A DNA stretch of 63,829 nucleotides, filler included, from Octopus bimaculoides (taxonomy: Eukaryota), in assembly GCF_001194135.2 (NCBI RefSeq). It is 3 parts of 3 records of this genome, joined end to end, with 100 filler letters (N's around TTAATTAATTAA, not from the genome) between each part and the next. Parts side by side here need not be neighbours in the genome. Positions count along the whole stretch, not along the records: positions 6,436 to 36,180 come from NC_068982.1; positions 36,281 to 63,829 come from NC_068991.1; 1 more part is not named here. One strand, written 5' to 3'. The position numbers were made by a program, and so were the translations under genes. Positions 26,452-39,865 of the stretch are shown piece after piece. A model generated the notes under the pieces. The model did no database searches. It was not told where the DNA came from and saw only the letters and a list, made by a program, of their open reading frames with translations. Within the stretch, counting starts at the first letter, position 1; each line of letters starts with the position of its first letter.

Positions 26452-26750
26452 TGGAGGGTTAGTGGTTAGGGCATTCGGCGCACGATCGTAAGGTCGTGAG
26501 TTCGATTCCGGTGACGCGTTCGATTCCCAAGGCACTTTATTTCACGTTGCTCCAGTCCACTCAGCTGGCAAAAATGAGTAGTACTTGTATTTCAAGGGGC
26601 CGGCCTTCTCACGCTATGTGTCACGCTGAGTCTCCCTGAGAACTACGTTAGGGGTACTCGTGTCTGTGGATTGCTCAGCCACGTGCAAGTTAATTTCATG
26701 ACCAGGCTGTTCCGTTGATCGTATCAGCTGGGACCCTCGTCGTCGTAATC
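26452..26750 (+). mobile_element. SINE family B variant, near full length
   Basis: tRNA-like head 'agtggttagggcattcgg...gagttcgattcc', then 'aaggcactttatttcacgttgctccagtccactcagctggcaaaaatgagta' and the shared 3' body. Confidence 0.85.
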
Positions 26751-27230
26751 TCAGTATAGGATGAATGCAGATTAAACAAGTAGGGGTTGTAAGAGGGTAA
26801 TAAAATACGTATAATTCCATAATATTATTTGTTTCTAAAATATTTGAAGGTACGGTCTATCTAAGGTCTAATCTATTATTAATTAAATTATTCTTATCTC
26901 TATACATAAACATTCTGTAAGTTCGCAACCATATCGACTATCTTTGTATCACTGAGCTCACCGTAGTATATCGCATTTAGGGCTAAATTTACTATTGCTG
27001 CTATCCTTAAGTTCCCAGAATTTACTAGATAATGATGTACTGTTAGCTTTATGTCTAAGTCTAAAGGATGAAACATTGTTATTAAGGTGCTTTTTTCATA
27101 TTTATCGAACAACCGATGTAAATGAAGTTACTAGCTTCAGCTATTACTGTACATTTGTAAACAACATTTTGGACTAAACAACGATGTAATAACGGAGATT
27201 GAGTTCTTACCCTACAATTGCAGCTGGTGA

Positions 27231-27267
<37 letters not shown>

Positions 27268-28034
27268 GTTGTTGTTGTTGTTGTTATTATTAATAGTAGT
27301 ATTACCTAAATCACTGATACCCGAATATCCTTGTTACCTATTTGCTATATATATATCTATATATGTATATACATATATGCACAAACACACACACACAAAG
27401 ACAGACATACATACACACACATATATATGTATGTATGTGTGTATGCATGTAAGTATGTTTGTATGTATGTATGCATGTACATAGGATAATTGCACGTGGA
27501 GAGGGCAATTAAACGTGGCTGTAATGCCGGTGATAGTAGATCAGTCTTACTATGACTGATTTAGGTTGAAAGGACACATTTTACACCGAAGATTAAATTA
27601 GAGACATCAACTGGACTTTGCATTTGTACAGAACGCAGCTTCTGCTAAATTTTTGGCGTCACCAGAAACGTTAGTTCCATCTACTTTAGCCTATATTCTG
27701 TGTTCTTAAAAAACGGGAAACGTATCCGATATTGTAGGCTCGGATTACCAAAAGTATGAGATGGCCTGCGGTGGAATAATTTTGAATGCACGTCTAGCCG
27801 ATGACGGTTAATATGTGACCGAACAAGCAACAACAAAAAACAAGGAGGACAGTCATGACGACAATAACTCCAGGCCACAAGGAAAGGCAACCTGCATTTG
27901 CAAGAAACTGCAGCTGTATTTACATGAACTCACATTTTTTAGTCTATAGAATATACAGAGTCAACAGAGGTGTACAATTTTGGAGAATGCGAAGACATTC
28001 CTGGGTGGGACACCATTTGATCATAAGCAGGCAT

Positions 28035-28485
28035 GGTAGTGAGATTAAGAAGCCTGCTTTCCAGGCATGTGATACCTTACATTGAGTTCCACTGCATGGC
28101 ACGATAAGCCAGTGACTTCTATAACCGTGGACCGATCAAAGCCTTATGAATGGATTTACTTGAAAACAGTAGAAAACGCTTCTCGTGGACATATATAGAT
28201 GCGTATGTGTGTGTTTGTATGTGTGTGTGTGTGTGTTTGTGTTTGTGTGTCTGTGTCCGTGTGTGTCTGTGTGTGTTTCTGTGTGTATATTTTTGTGTTT
28301 GTTCCCTACCGCCGGTTGACAATTCTAGTGGGTTTGTTTATGTGCTCGTAACTCAGCAGTTCTCCAAAGATATCAAAACAGTAAGTACTAAACTTAAAAA
28401 AGAAGGTAACAATCAGTACTGGATCGATTTGTTAAATTAAATCCTTCAAGATTGTACCTCTGGATGACCGCAGAGCAATGACTGG
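28035..28485 (+). mobile_element. SINE family C, old and decayed
   Basis: 'gagttccactgcatggcac...ccgatcaaagccttatgaatggattt' plus internal (TG)n and 3' body. Confidence 0.65.
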
Positions 28486-28496
28486 AAAATAATTTC

Positions 28497-28571
28497 AAGC
28501 CTGCACGATAAAAATAAGCCTGCACGATAAAAGTAAGCCTTCATGATTAAGGTAAGCTTGCACGATAAAAG
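28497..28571. repeat. Degenerate 19-bp minisatellite (aagcctgcacgataaaaat), ~4 copies
   Basis: Directly visible. Confidence 0.85.
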
Positions 28572-29254
28572 ACAGTTTGGCGTTAAACAGGAAAAAAAGC
28601 AAGTGCAACAGTCTTCTAAATCGAAGCCTTTAAACATTATGTAGCAGATACTTTAAACCATAACACCAAACAGTAATAAACAGAGAACTGTAGAGATGAA
28701 TCATAAACACGAAATCTGCAAAAGCGATAAATTGAAAATTATGTGATAACAAGGTTAGTATTGAATGTGTTCCTATTTAGTTTGATTACCACATAAAATG
28801 TGTTACAATTGAATTTTGGTTTTTCAGTGCTTGAAGTTTCATTCAACACCTCTTTCAACGAAGTATTTTCCGAGATCTCGAATGAGGTTGAAAATGTGAA
28901 TTATCTTCAATTGTTCTGAAAGTAATAGAAATTGTTTGGAAAAATAGTGAGAATCTTGCTCATTTGTGAGGATATGGAAACTTATCATATTTGCGTTAAC
29001 TTTTTATTGTATTTTATGTATTTTAATTAGGTATACATACATACATACGTCCAAATATATATGAACACACACACACGTACTATATACACACAAACGTACT
29101 ATACACACCCATCTCACTCATGATATACATAGAGACACACATACAGAACGGTAGCCATTTATACAATGGGATCTTAGGTAAAATTCATTTCAGTGGTACA
29201 TGGTATGTATTTCATTCATTCTGCGCACCAACGTCCACATGCAGGCGCGTGCAC

Positions 29255-29298
<44 letters not shown>

Positions 29299-30171
29299 TC
29301 ACACACACACACANNNNNNNNNNATACAAGCGCAGGCACATGCACGCATACACATGATTATCTCATTCAAAGTGAAGTTGTTTGCTGTGCAATTATTTTA
29401 TATTCATGTCTTCCAAAAACACATACATGAATAAACTTTACCATATTTTATATTTTGTTTAGTTCATTTACATTACTTGTTTCTTGTGCTTATTTTATTT
29501 TTTTTAATACATTAACGTAGACGTTTATCTATGTCCCTGCCACATGTATGTAATATCCTTATATATATATGTAAATATATACGTATGTATCTATCTATTT
29601 ATCTCTGTATATATATATATATANNNNNNNNNNNNNNNNNNNNNNNNNNNNNNNNNNNNNNNNNNNNNNNNNNNNNNNNNNNNNNNNNNNNNNNNNNNNN
29701 NNNNNNNNNNNNNNNNNNNNNNNNNNNNNNNNNNNNNNNNNNNNNNNNNNNNNNNNNNNNNNNNNNNNNNNNNNNNNNNNNNNNNNNNNNNNNNNNNNNN
29801 NNNNNNNNNNNNNNNNNNNNNNNNNNNNNNNNNNNNNNNNNNNNNNNNNNNNNNNNNNNNNNNNNNNNNNNNNNNNNNNNNNNNNNNNNNNNNNNNNNNN
29901 NNNNNNNNNNNNNNNNNNNNNNNNNNNNNNNNNNNNNNNNNNNNNNNNNNNNNNNNNNNNNNNNNNNNNNNNNNNNNNNNNNNNNNNNNNNNNNNNNNNN
30001 NNNNNNNNNNNNNNNNNNNNNNNNNNNNNNNNNNNNNNNNNNNNNNNNNNNNNNNNNNNNNNNNNNNNNNNNNNNNNNNNNNNNNNNNNNNNNNNNNNNN
30101 NNNNNNNNNNNNNNNNNNNNNNNNNNNNNNNNNNNNNNNNNNNNNNNNNNNNNNNNNNNNNNNNNNNNACA

Positions 30172-30209
<38 letters not shown>

Positions 30210-30671
30210 CATATACATATATATACATACATATATATATATACATATATGTATACACACACAAAAACACACATATATACATGCACACAAATACATGTGT
30301 GTGAGTATATGTAGCTATGTCTGAGTTTGCTTAATCTAGTCTCCGAGTGAGTAAGGAAATGTGTTTGAGTGCATGCTTTTGAATATGCATGTATGTTTGT
30401 ATGTATGTATGTATGTATGTATCTATGTATGTATGTATGCATGTCAGTTCGTGTTTATTTTACAATGATTTGCGTTCATTTGTCATTTAGAACCATTTTA
30501 TAGAAAATTGATACTCTCCTGACTGGGGAGGCGGGAAGTTTAATAACTCATTATTTTCCCATCGGACTCTTATTAACACCAGAATGTAGTATGAAAGAAG
30601 GATTTTTTTCGCTTCCATGTTGTTATTAAGATTTCATTATCATTCATTATTAATATTACTGTTGTTGTTGC

Positions 30672-30750
<79 letters not shown>

Positions 30751-30753
<3 letters not shown>

Positions 30754-31074
30754 TAGTTTTATTTTTATAACGTGCTTTCACTTCACTACCGAGCGCAGCT
30801 CTGTGCGCCTTGGGTATGTGCTGTGGTTTGCTGTGGTGCTCTTATGTTTACTGTATTGAAATGTTTTGCGTAGAATGTGTGCAGTACCCAGTAGTGCAAT
30901 TTTCTGTATGTTATATATATTTGTAAGTCCTGGTGTTTTTGTTATGTATTTGTCTGAATATTTTTTTATTATACCTAAGGCACCTACTATGATAGGAATT
31001 GTTTCTGTTTTTAGATTCCACATTCGAGTTATCTCTATTTCCAGGTCTTTGTATTTTGAAAGTTTTTCCATTTC
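30751..31074 (-). mobile_element. 5'-truncated R4/Dong LINE (C-terminal end of the restriction-like endonuclease domain + 3' UTR) inserted in (TAA)n
   Basis: Minus-strand MEKLSKYKDLEIEITRMWNLKTETIPIIVGALGIIKK...IQKIALLGTAHILRK is the typical RLE C-terminus. Flanked by (ATT)n on both sides. Confidence 0.9.
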
Positions 31075-31408
31075 ATTATTATTATTATTATTATTATCAT
31101 CATTATTATTATCATCGTCGTCATCGTCGTCATCGTAACAGGCTTTTGTTTTGCTGTTTTCTTTATTACCCTGTATTTTTTACTTCCTCCGCTCTATTAT
31201 TGAACGTTTCTGTATTTATATTTAATAAATTCCGTGTCTTTCGTCGTTTCTAATCGTGCCTTATTCTTGTATATACTCCTCTCTTCTGCTCTCAGTCTTT
31301 CTATCTGACGCTTCAGCTGTCTGCTGTGTCTCTCTCTCTCTTATATCCTCTGCGTGCGTGTATGTGCATAAAATTTATCTATCTATAATCTATCTATCAA
31401 TCTCCACA

Positions 31409-31469
<61 letters not shown>

Positions 31470-31659
31470 TGGACGTGAGCGTAGACGTGCATGTATATTT
31501 ACTTCTCATTCTTTGATAGTTTCATTGCATCTTTCTCTCGTCGCTCTAAAATTCTTCTCTCATTGCATTGATATTTAAAAATAGCATTGCTTATACTTAA
31601 GTAATAATTTCAAATGAATACCCAGTTATACTCTACCAACCTGGCCTTACGCTCCCTAT

Positions 31660-32990
31660 GAGTGTGTGTGTGTAGACTGGAAATCGATTAAAGAAAAGAT
31701 CCTCAGATACGACTGGCCGAAATGTCTCTCCACATCAGACATCGGCATGAAACTCGCGTATTTATGCGAGCTATATGCTACAAATATGTCACAGAGCACA
31801 AGGCCAACAGAAAAAGGAACGAGATTCCAAAGGAGAGAAAGATTCTCATGCGATGATGGACGAAGGTTGCAAATTGCTTCAACCAACATCCCAAAAGTAG
31901 TGAATGGTCCCGCTTAGAAACAACTGTGTTGGAGACAGAAAAAGTCTGCAACAATCCTATGTGAGGAGAGATTAGAAAAAGAAGCCTGGGTTATCAAAAA
32001 TATAAAATCAAACCCAAAGGCTTTCCTTCGTTATGCCAAAGTACGCTGCAAAATAGGATCCCTTTCCCAGAAGGACGGCTCCCTCACAGATAACCCAACC
32101 AGGATCAGTGAAGTACTGAATGACCAGTTCAAAAGTATCTTTACTAGCCCGTTGGAACACTGACAAATGATCGAACTAGTGGATTTCTTTGCCGCCTCAC
32201 TTATAACGAAGGAGACAGTTAAGATAGATTACATTGATATTGGGGAAGAAGATATGATACTAGCCATAGAGGAGGATGCCGGAAACTCAGCTGCTGGCCC
32301 TGATGGTTTCCCAGCAATTCTCCTCAAATCGTGCAAACGTGCCCTGGCAAAGCCACTACAAATTATTATCCAGAGTTGTCTTGCAAATGTCAAGCTACCC
32401 AATCCATTTGGAGGAAGCAGAGCAGATGCCAAAAATTACAGGCCTAACTCTCTGGCTTCACATATCAACAGAGTACTGGGACGAATAGTCAGAGGGAAAC
32501 TAATCACATTCCTTGAAGAAAACGACTTGCCTAACACAACTCGGACAACACCATGAGTGGATGTTGAAGCAGTTACTCGACAACTCAAATGTGGACGTAA
32601 TATACCTTAACTTTTCAAAAGCTTTTGATAAAGTTAATCATGGTATGATATAGCACAAACTGTGTGATCTTAGCAGAGCTGGAAAACATGGAGAGTGGTT
32701 ACATGACTTTCTGAAAGATTGAAGTCAGGCAGTGGTGGCCAATGGAAATAACTAAAAGGAAACACAATGAGTGAGTGGTGTTCCACAGGGCACCTCTTGG
32801 GACCACTGCTTTTCATAGCCACCCTTGCTAGCTACGCAGACAGTACAAAAGTCTCGCAGAAAATACAAAACCTTAGCGATGTTGCACGCCTGCAGCAGGA
32901 GTTGGACGCAATTTACAGATGGGCTGAAGACAATTATATGCAGTTTAATACTGAAAAATTCCAAGCCCTACGCTACCAGCACCCAAAATA
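31660..32990 (+). mobile_element. Decayed CR1-group LINE ORF2 (reverse transcriptase) fragment
   Basis: Ordered motifs across stops and frameshifts: AGPDGFPAILLK, NYRPNSLAS, VDVIYLNFSKAFDKVNHG, SGVPQG, YADSTK, LQQELDAIYRWAEDNYMQFNTEKFQAL. Confidence 0.9.
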
Positions 32991-33158
32991 TCAGGGTAAG
33001 AAAACTTTTAGAATATATTTGCTACCAGTGGCCTATCGTGTAGAAAAATTAGTCAATAGACTATATATTATTCACGCTAGAAGGAGTAGGATTTTGGCTA
33101 TTCCTTCTAGCGTGCCAGGTATCCAATGATGGATACCTCTTATGTGTTTAAATGTACA

Positions 33159-33212
<54 letters not shown>

Positions 33213-33561
33213 GGCGAGAGAGAGAGAGAGAGAAGGAGAGAAAGAGAGAGAGATAGAAAGATAGATAGATGTTTCAATCGAGAAGAGAATAAGGTAGATG
33301 GTATATGGCGAGTTACTTGACCTAAATTTAGCCCCTTGCTTTAATACTGTCCCGAATCGAAGTCCCTTTCCCCTCTCGACATTATTGTTCTCCAAATGCT
33401 TTCATTTCATTTTCAAATCGTTATAACTGTTACATTATTTAATTTAGATACCCCACGACGCCCTCCACTTACTCCTACTTTTATTCATTCTTCCATTTCG
33501 TAATTGTCCTCACTTATTTAAATATACTTTTTAATTACTAACTTTGTCATACTTTATCCAG

Positions 33562-33648
33562 TTCCATCATTTTCTCCACTTCCATCATTTTCTCCACTTC
33601 CATCATTTTCTACACTTCCATCATTTTCTACACTTCCATCAATTTCTC
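33562..33648. repeat. 18-bp minisatellite (ttccatcattttct[c/a]cac), ~5 copies
   Basis: Directly visible. Confidence 0.9.
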
Positions 33649-34847
33649 ATTCTTTTTTTTTTTTCTTTGTCTGTACGTAATTTTATATTCACAATTTTAA
33701 CATTTACTATACCAGCTTTCCTCTCGTTCTGAAGCCTTTTTTGTTCTTTGTCTCACTCTGTTCGTCTGTCTGTCTGTCTCTTTCTCTCTCTGTTTGTACC
33801 TCTCTCCGTCTCTGTGTCAATTTGTCTGTCTCACTGTTTTCTGTCTCTTTCCCTCTCGCTTTTCTCAATTCTTTGCATATTTATTAATGTCGATTTATCG
33901 TTTACTTCCTTGTTTCTTATATCTTTTATTTTGTCTTTTTCTATAAATTCATTCTTTATTCCGTGAATTATTTTCGTATATCGATGTCCATTTTACATCT
34001 TACCATGAAATTTGAAAAAAAAAAACCCCCCAAAACTCAAAAAGTGACATTACATCTTCCATTATACATTTATTGACTTTCANNNNNNNNNNNNNNNNNN
34101 NNNNNNNNNNNNNNNNNNNNNNNNNNNNNNNNNNNNNNNNNNNNNNNNNNNNNNNNNNNNNNNNNNNNNNNNNNNNNNNNNNNNNNNNNNNNNNNNNNNN
34201 NNNNNNNNNNNNNNNNNNNNNNNNNNNNNNNNNNNNNNNNNNNNNNNNNNNNNNNNNNNNNNNNNNNNNNNNNNNNNNNNNNNNNNNNNNNNNNTCTTCT
34301 TCTTCTTCTTCTTCTTCTTCTTCTTCTTCTTCTTCTTCTTCTTCTTCTTCTTCTTCTTCTTCTTCTTCTTCTTCTTCTTCTTCTTCCACCGCATACTCGT
34401 TCACCTTCTTTCACGATTTTTTTTGTGTGTTTACTTTTTTTACATCCTCATTCTCTCAGTAACCGCTGCTTCCATCGTGATTTTTCTTACACAACCTGCC
34501 GTTAGCAATTAAATCCTCACTGATGTCTGCCGTCGAAAGATGAGAAAACATAAGAAAAGATATATATTACAATTTAATTTGTCTTGAAAAAGAGAAAAAA
34601 TGTGGAACCACGTTGGATATACATTTCAACGTTCCATCCAAGTAATATTTTTTCTTTGTCTGGTTTTATTTCCTTTTCTTATTCACGCCCATATATCCCT
34701 TCATTTCATCTTCTCTTTAGCAAGATGTTGTTATCAATTTTCCATGTTATTGTTTAAGAACTGAGTCGTTAAATCTATCGTACATACATACATACATACG
34801 TACGCACGTAATATGTATGTATAAATTTATATGTATTCACATATATA

Positions 34848-34894
<47 letters not shown>

Positions 34895-34895
<1 letters not shown>

Positions 34896-35379
34896 CATTC
34901 TTTTATTCTTTTACTTGTTTCAGTCATTTGACTGCGGCCATGCTGGAGCACCACCGTCAAGGGTGTTAGTCGAAGAAATGGACCCAAGGACTTATTCTTT
35001 GTAAGCCTAGTACTTATTCTATCGGTCTCGTCCCCTAACTTCATCGNNNNNNNNNNNNNNNNNNNNNNNNNNNNNNNNNNNNNNNNNNNNNNNNNNNNNN
35101 NNNNNNNNNNNNNNNNNNNNNNNNNNNNNNNNNNNNNNNNNNNNNNNNNNNNNNNNNNNNNNNNNNNNNNNNNNNNNNNNNNNNNNNNNNNNNNNNNNNN
35201 NNNNNNNNNNNNNNNNNNNNNNNNNNNNNNNNNNNNNNNNNNNNNNNNNNNNNNNNNNNNNNNNNNNNNNNNNNNNNNNNNNNNNNNNNNNNNNNNNNNN
35301 NNNNNNNNNNNNNNNNNNNNNNNNNNNNNNNNNNNNNNNNNNNNNNNNNNNNNNNNNNNNNNNNNNNNNNNNNNNNNNN

Positions 35380-35439
<60 letters not shown>

Positions 35440-35530
35440 CAAAGTCACTCAAAAGGCTTTGGTCTACCCGAGATGACACGCAGTGGGACTAAACGTGACA
35501 CCAAACTTCTTACCACACAGACACGCTTGT
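34895..35530 (-). mobile_element. SINE family C interrupted by an N gap
   Basis: 3' part at 34895-35030 and 5' part at 35440-35530 match the other family C copies. Confidence 0.7.
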
Positions 35531-36180
35531 GCCTATAATATATAACCACAGACATATATATTTCTAGAAACTACCTGCATCTCTGTCCACATATTTCTCA
35601 TTTTACTGTTAAATCACAGAGAGAATAGACTGCGTAATTCAGTCTATATATACTCAAGCAAGTCCTCCTTAATATTTACGTGACTGGTGAAAGAGAATTA
35701 TTTCTTAACTGCAAACCTAACTCACGTTTTGCGGTAGAGAGATACCTATTAATGTTAACTTTTGAACTAGATGGTCGAGTGTAACCTGGTCGCAAATTAA
35801 GTCTACCATTCAAATTGGCGTGTATGGAAGGCCTGGAAGAAATACTGCAGGGTATTATCGATCTTTCTACAAATATCAATAACCGTCGGCCTATTACTGG
35901 CACTTCGTTTCATCGACTCTAAAACAGAGAATATACATTTTGTGTCTAAGAATGTTGTATGCACACACACCCTCCCTCCTACCACCCATCTCTCCCCTCC
36001 CCCACCTCCTGCTCCGACTCCTACTTCTTTGTACGTCTCTTCACCTCTCTTCATACTTCTCTCCACTCCCACTTCTCTTCACCCCTACTCTTTCTCTCCT
36101 CTCTCTTACTCTCTCGCACTCTCTTCTCTCGTACTCCCCCCTCTCTCACTCTTACTCTCTACACTCTTACTCTCTACACT

Positions 36181-36280
36181 NNNNNNNNNNNNNNNNNNNN
36201 NNNNNNNNNNNNNNNNNNNNNNNNTTAATTAATTAANNNNNNNNNNNNNNNNNNNNNNNNNNNNNNNNNNNNNNNNNNNN
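36181..36280. other. Artificial scaffold linker (44 N + TTAATTAATTAA + 44 N)
   Basis: Identical to 6336-6435. Confidence 0.95.
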
Positions 36281-36552
36281 TTGGACAAAATAATGGAAAC
36301 ACCTAGCATCATAGCATCATGATTTTGAAATATCTATAAAACCGTCAAAACATCGTTTATTTTTATACTTTTTGATTTATTATTAGTGTTGCTTAATATG
36401 TTTTGCTAAAATTGCTGTTTCTTTTCAGATATCATCAGCAAAAGGTAATTAAAATTCATTAAATGACAGATTTGTCGGACTTTCAAAGAGGTCAAATTGT
36501 TGGTGCTCGTATGGCAGGCGCTAGCGTAACGAAAACAGCCGAAATGTTTGGT
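36281..36552 (+). mobile_element. Tc1-family DNA transposon left end with transposase N-terminus (truncated)
   Basis: ATG at 36463 gives MTDLSDFQRGQIVGARMAGASVTKTAEMFG, a classic Tc1 paired-like HTH start. It breaks off in an (AT)n run. Confidence 0.85.
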
Positions 36553-37025
36553 ATATATATACATGTATATATATGACGAGTTACGTTTGTTACAAGAGTC
36601 TACTAAAGTTTCAGGTGCATGGAGTCGAATCATTCTATTATTAAATATGTATATATCCATGTGTGTATTTGTGTGTTTGTCTTTGCGTGTGCGTGTATAC
36701 GTGTACGTACATAACATTTAAAAATGTAGTAAATCTTATGAAGAAAAGCCGCGTTTGGTGAGAATTTAGAATAAAATATGAAAACTTATGGCAATATGTC
36801 AAAATATCAACATAGAACAAACTGATGCCCCGAAAGTTTATCAACTTAATGTTTCATGAAATGAGGAAAGCGTAGTTTAATACTCGAAGTAAATTAAATG
36901 AGATGGTGAATAGCTTTTGTAATAATATATCTATATCTATAAAACAGGTCATAAAAAGTTATATTTTTATTTGAATAAAATTAGATATGTTTCAAACCGT
37001 CTCAATTTTCATATAATTGGATTGT

Positions 37026-37622
37026 TAATATTAGTGGAATCGCACGCCGGACAATTTCGGCGTCGGACTGGAAAGAATTATTAGCACGCCGGAAAAAATG
37101 CTTAGCACCGAGGTCGACTTTGCCTTTTTTCCTTTCAGGATCGATAAATTAAATACCAGTTGCGTACTGGGGTTGATCTAATCGACTGGCCACCTCCCCC
37201 AAAAGTTTCTGGCCTTGTGCCTCGATTAGAAAATAATATTAGTGGAATCGACTGAGCCTTTCATCCTTTCGGGGGTCGATAAATTAAGTACCAGTTGAAC
37301 GCTGAAGTCAATCTAATCGATTTAATCCCCTCTCCGAAGCTACCCTTGTGGCAAAAATTTGAAATAACTAATTATAGACTCTATTAGGACGGCGTGGTGG
37401 CAGAATCATTAGCAAGCAGGACGAAAAGCTTAGCGGTATTTCGCCCGTCGCTTCGCTCTGAGTTCAAATCCCACCGAGTTCGACTTTGCCTTTCATCCGT
37501 TCGGGGGGTCGATAAATTAAATACCAGTTGAACGCTGCGGTCGATATAATCGACTAGTCCCTTCCCTATAAAAAGCTGCCCTTGAAGGAAAATTTGAAAC
37601 CATTAATTATAGAGACTATTAT
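37026..37622 (+). mobile_element. Three tandem SINE family A copies with target-site duplications
   Basis: Perfect 17-bp direct repeat taatattagtggaatcg (37026-42, 37234-50) brackets copy 1. An imperfect 18-bp repeat taattatagac/gactatta brackets copy 3. Confidence 0.85.
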
Positions 37623-38152
37623 AAGCTGTACTAATTTCAACTGTCAATTTAAAATCTTTTTTTTTTTCTGGCATCATTTGGAGCCAGTTATGATTGGAAA
37701 ATCCACATTGAGTATCTAATTTCTTTGGGGAACATAATTATATAAATATAAGGACATTAATTCAGACTTTTGATTGACAAAGCTACAATGTGTGTCTATG
37801 ATATCTTGTTATATGTTGTATATAACTTACATCGTGAAAAACGAAATACGAATAGAATTTATAATTTGACTAACTGCAGGGTAACCGTTGCTAAGGCTGA
37901 ATTGATATTGGAATTTAGTAAAGAATACAATGTATGTATGAAAATCTAAACTGGATTATTCTCAAAATGTAATGAATTTTCATTTATGGGGCAAAGATTA
38001 ATTTTCTCGCCTATGACAAAGTGGAAAAGGGTTCAAATTAGATAATATATGAGCTATTTAATTAATAAAAGCTGTTTCAGTTTATAGCAAATTTTACGCG
38101 CGCGCGCGCGTATGTATGATTGAATGTATGTATGTGTATGTATATATATATG

Positions 38153-38209
<57 letters not shown>

Positions 38210-38637
38210 ATACTCGACGTAACGGGTAATGTGTTTTGGAGATTCAATATTGAAGCAGTGTTCAGTGTACTGTGACCTTAAAAGATTATAATTTACGCAT
38301 ATTAAATTTCAGAGTAAATGTTTTTGAGTCAATATAATTTCCCAAATTAATTTTGTTAAATATAGTTTATTGTTTAATTAAAAGTATTGATGGTAACAAA
38401 ATAGAAGATAGGAAATTAATTATGTTAATAAGTGCGAAAATATAGGGATAGCTAAAAAGAATTAATGATTAAGTGAATTGGATAGGTCTGCACCTCAGTT
38501 TTTACGTATCAATAATTTAGAATTAGATGAATACATGCAAACGTGATGCATCTTTTTTTCAACTTTGCTGTCGCGGACGACAAATGAAGATTCTGCGATT
38601 CCTTACTGAAGAACCTGCACAGATGCTTTGTTTAAAG

Positions 38638-38955
38638 CAGGGTTTTTCAACCATTTTCTATCTATGAAACCATTTGATTACTATCTTATTCTGGTGGACG
38701 TCCATAGTCACTATCTTTCAAAACACCTATTTTACTTTTCACACATCAACTTGTGTAGGTTTAACAAGAGAAAATGTTACGGAAAGAAACTGAGCTGTTT
38801 CTTGTAGTACATCCCAGTACATACATCTAAAATATAACTTCTTCATTGAGACTTAAAATACTATTGCGGATCCGCAATTAATTTTTTCTTACGTCGACTG
38901 CAAAAATCTTCTAGGGACCCGCAGGGGCCATATGGACCCCGGTTGAAAAACACTG
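38638..38955. mobile_element. hAT-type MITE (318 bp)
   Basis: 15-bp TIRs cagggtttttcaacc / ggttgaaaaacactg (14/15 match); flanks gtttaaag / gcttttaaag resemble a degenerate TSD. Confidence 0.75.
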
Positions 38956-39214
38956 GCTTTTAAAGGGATCAAATTTGTGTGCTATACCGTAGCTCCCTCA
39001 CTCCTTTAAATCGACATTGCCAGCACAAATACACGGTGTACTATGCAGCAGACGTAGCATGATAGCACCACGAAATTAAGTGGGTTTTCTTTTCTTTTTT
39101 TAGAGAACACGGTACACAAATCCATCTGGGAATCAAAACCACGATCTTGCGAACAGCACTCTACCTACTGAGCCACGCACCTACTGAACATATTAAATAT
39201 AATATTAGTTTCAC

Positions 39215-39420
39215 ATTTTGGAACAAGGCCAGGAATTTTCGGTTTGGGGACAGCATCAATTACATCAGCTCCAGTGCTCGACTGGTAAGCATTCTATCGA
39301 CCCCGAAAGGATGAAAAGCAAAGTCAACCCCGGCGGAATTAGAACTCGGAACGTAAAGACAGACGAAATGCCGCTAAGTAATTTTGCTCACCGTGCTAAC
39401 AGTTCCACCAGCTCGCCGCT
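39215..39420 (-). mobile_element. SINE family A
   Basis: 'atcgaccccgaaaggatgaaaagcaaagtcaacc...agaactcggaacgtaaagacagacgaaatgccgctaag'. Confidence 0.8.
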
Positions 39421-39865
39421 TTCAGCACTGAATATGATATCAATTTATCTTACAATACGATAGCATTCTGACATATTTATGCGTGTTCAGTCGAAATGTC
39501 ATTGGAGGAAACCAAATAAAATAAGTAGAATATGTTATAAAAATATAACAATATAAAAATCATGTGATTTGATTAAATTGAGAAAAAATTTGAATACGAC
39601 GGAAATTCATTTAAATGTGTTACTATAAAATGTATGTTACTAGATTTAATGGGGAATTAAATTTATTTAGCCTTCGTTAGTTATTGCGAATGTGAATAGG
39701 GAATGGAAAGAATTGGTTGGTGGAGTTTAAAAAAATATTAGCGATTACTGTGGCGTAATAAAATTTATATTAATTAAGATATTAGTGTTCAATACAAATT
39801 GATTCCTGCAAAATACAATATCGAAAAAAATACCGTGGTACACGAACATAAAGATATTGGTTTCA

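Noticed and set aside
26452-26530. tRNA genes (also at 44610-44683, 55244-55310 and 21000-21072)
   Set aside because: They have A and B boxes but no closing acceptor stem, and they continue directly into SINE bodies.
27761-27811. Peptide MACGGIILNAR resembling trypsin-family CGG motif
   Set aside because: A stop follows within a few codons; no TAAHC motif and no splice donor.
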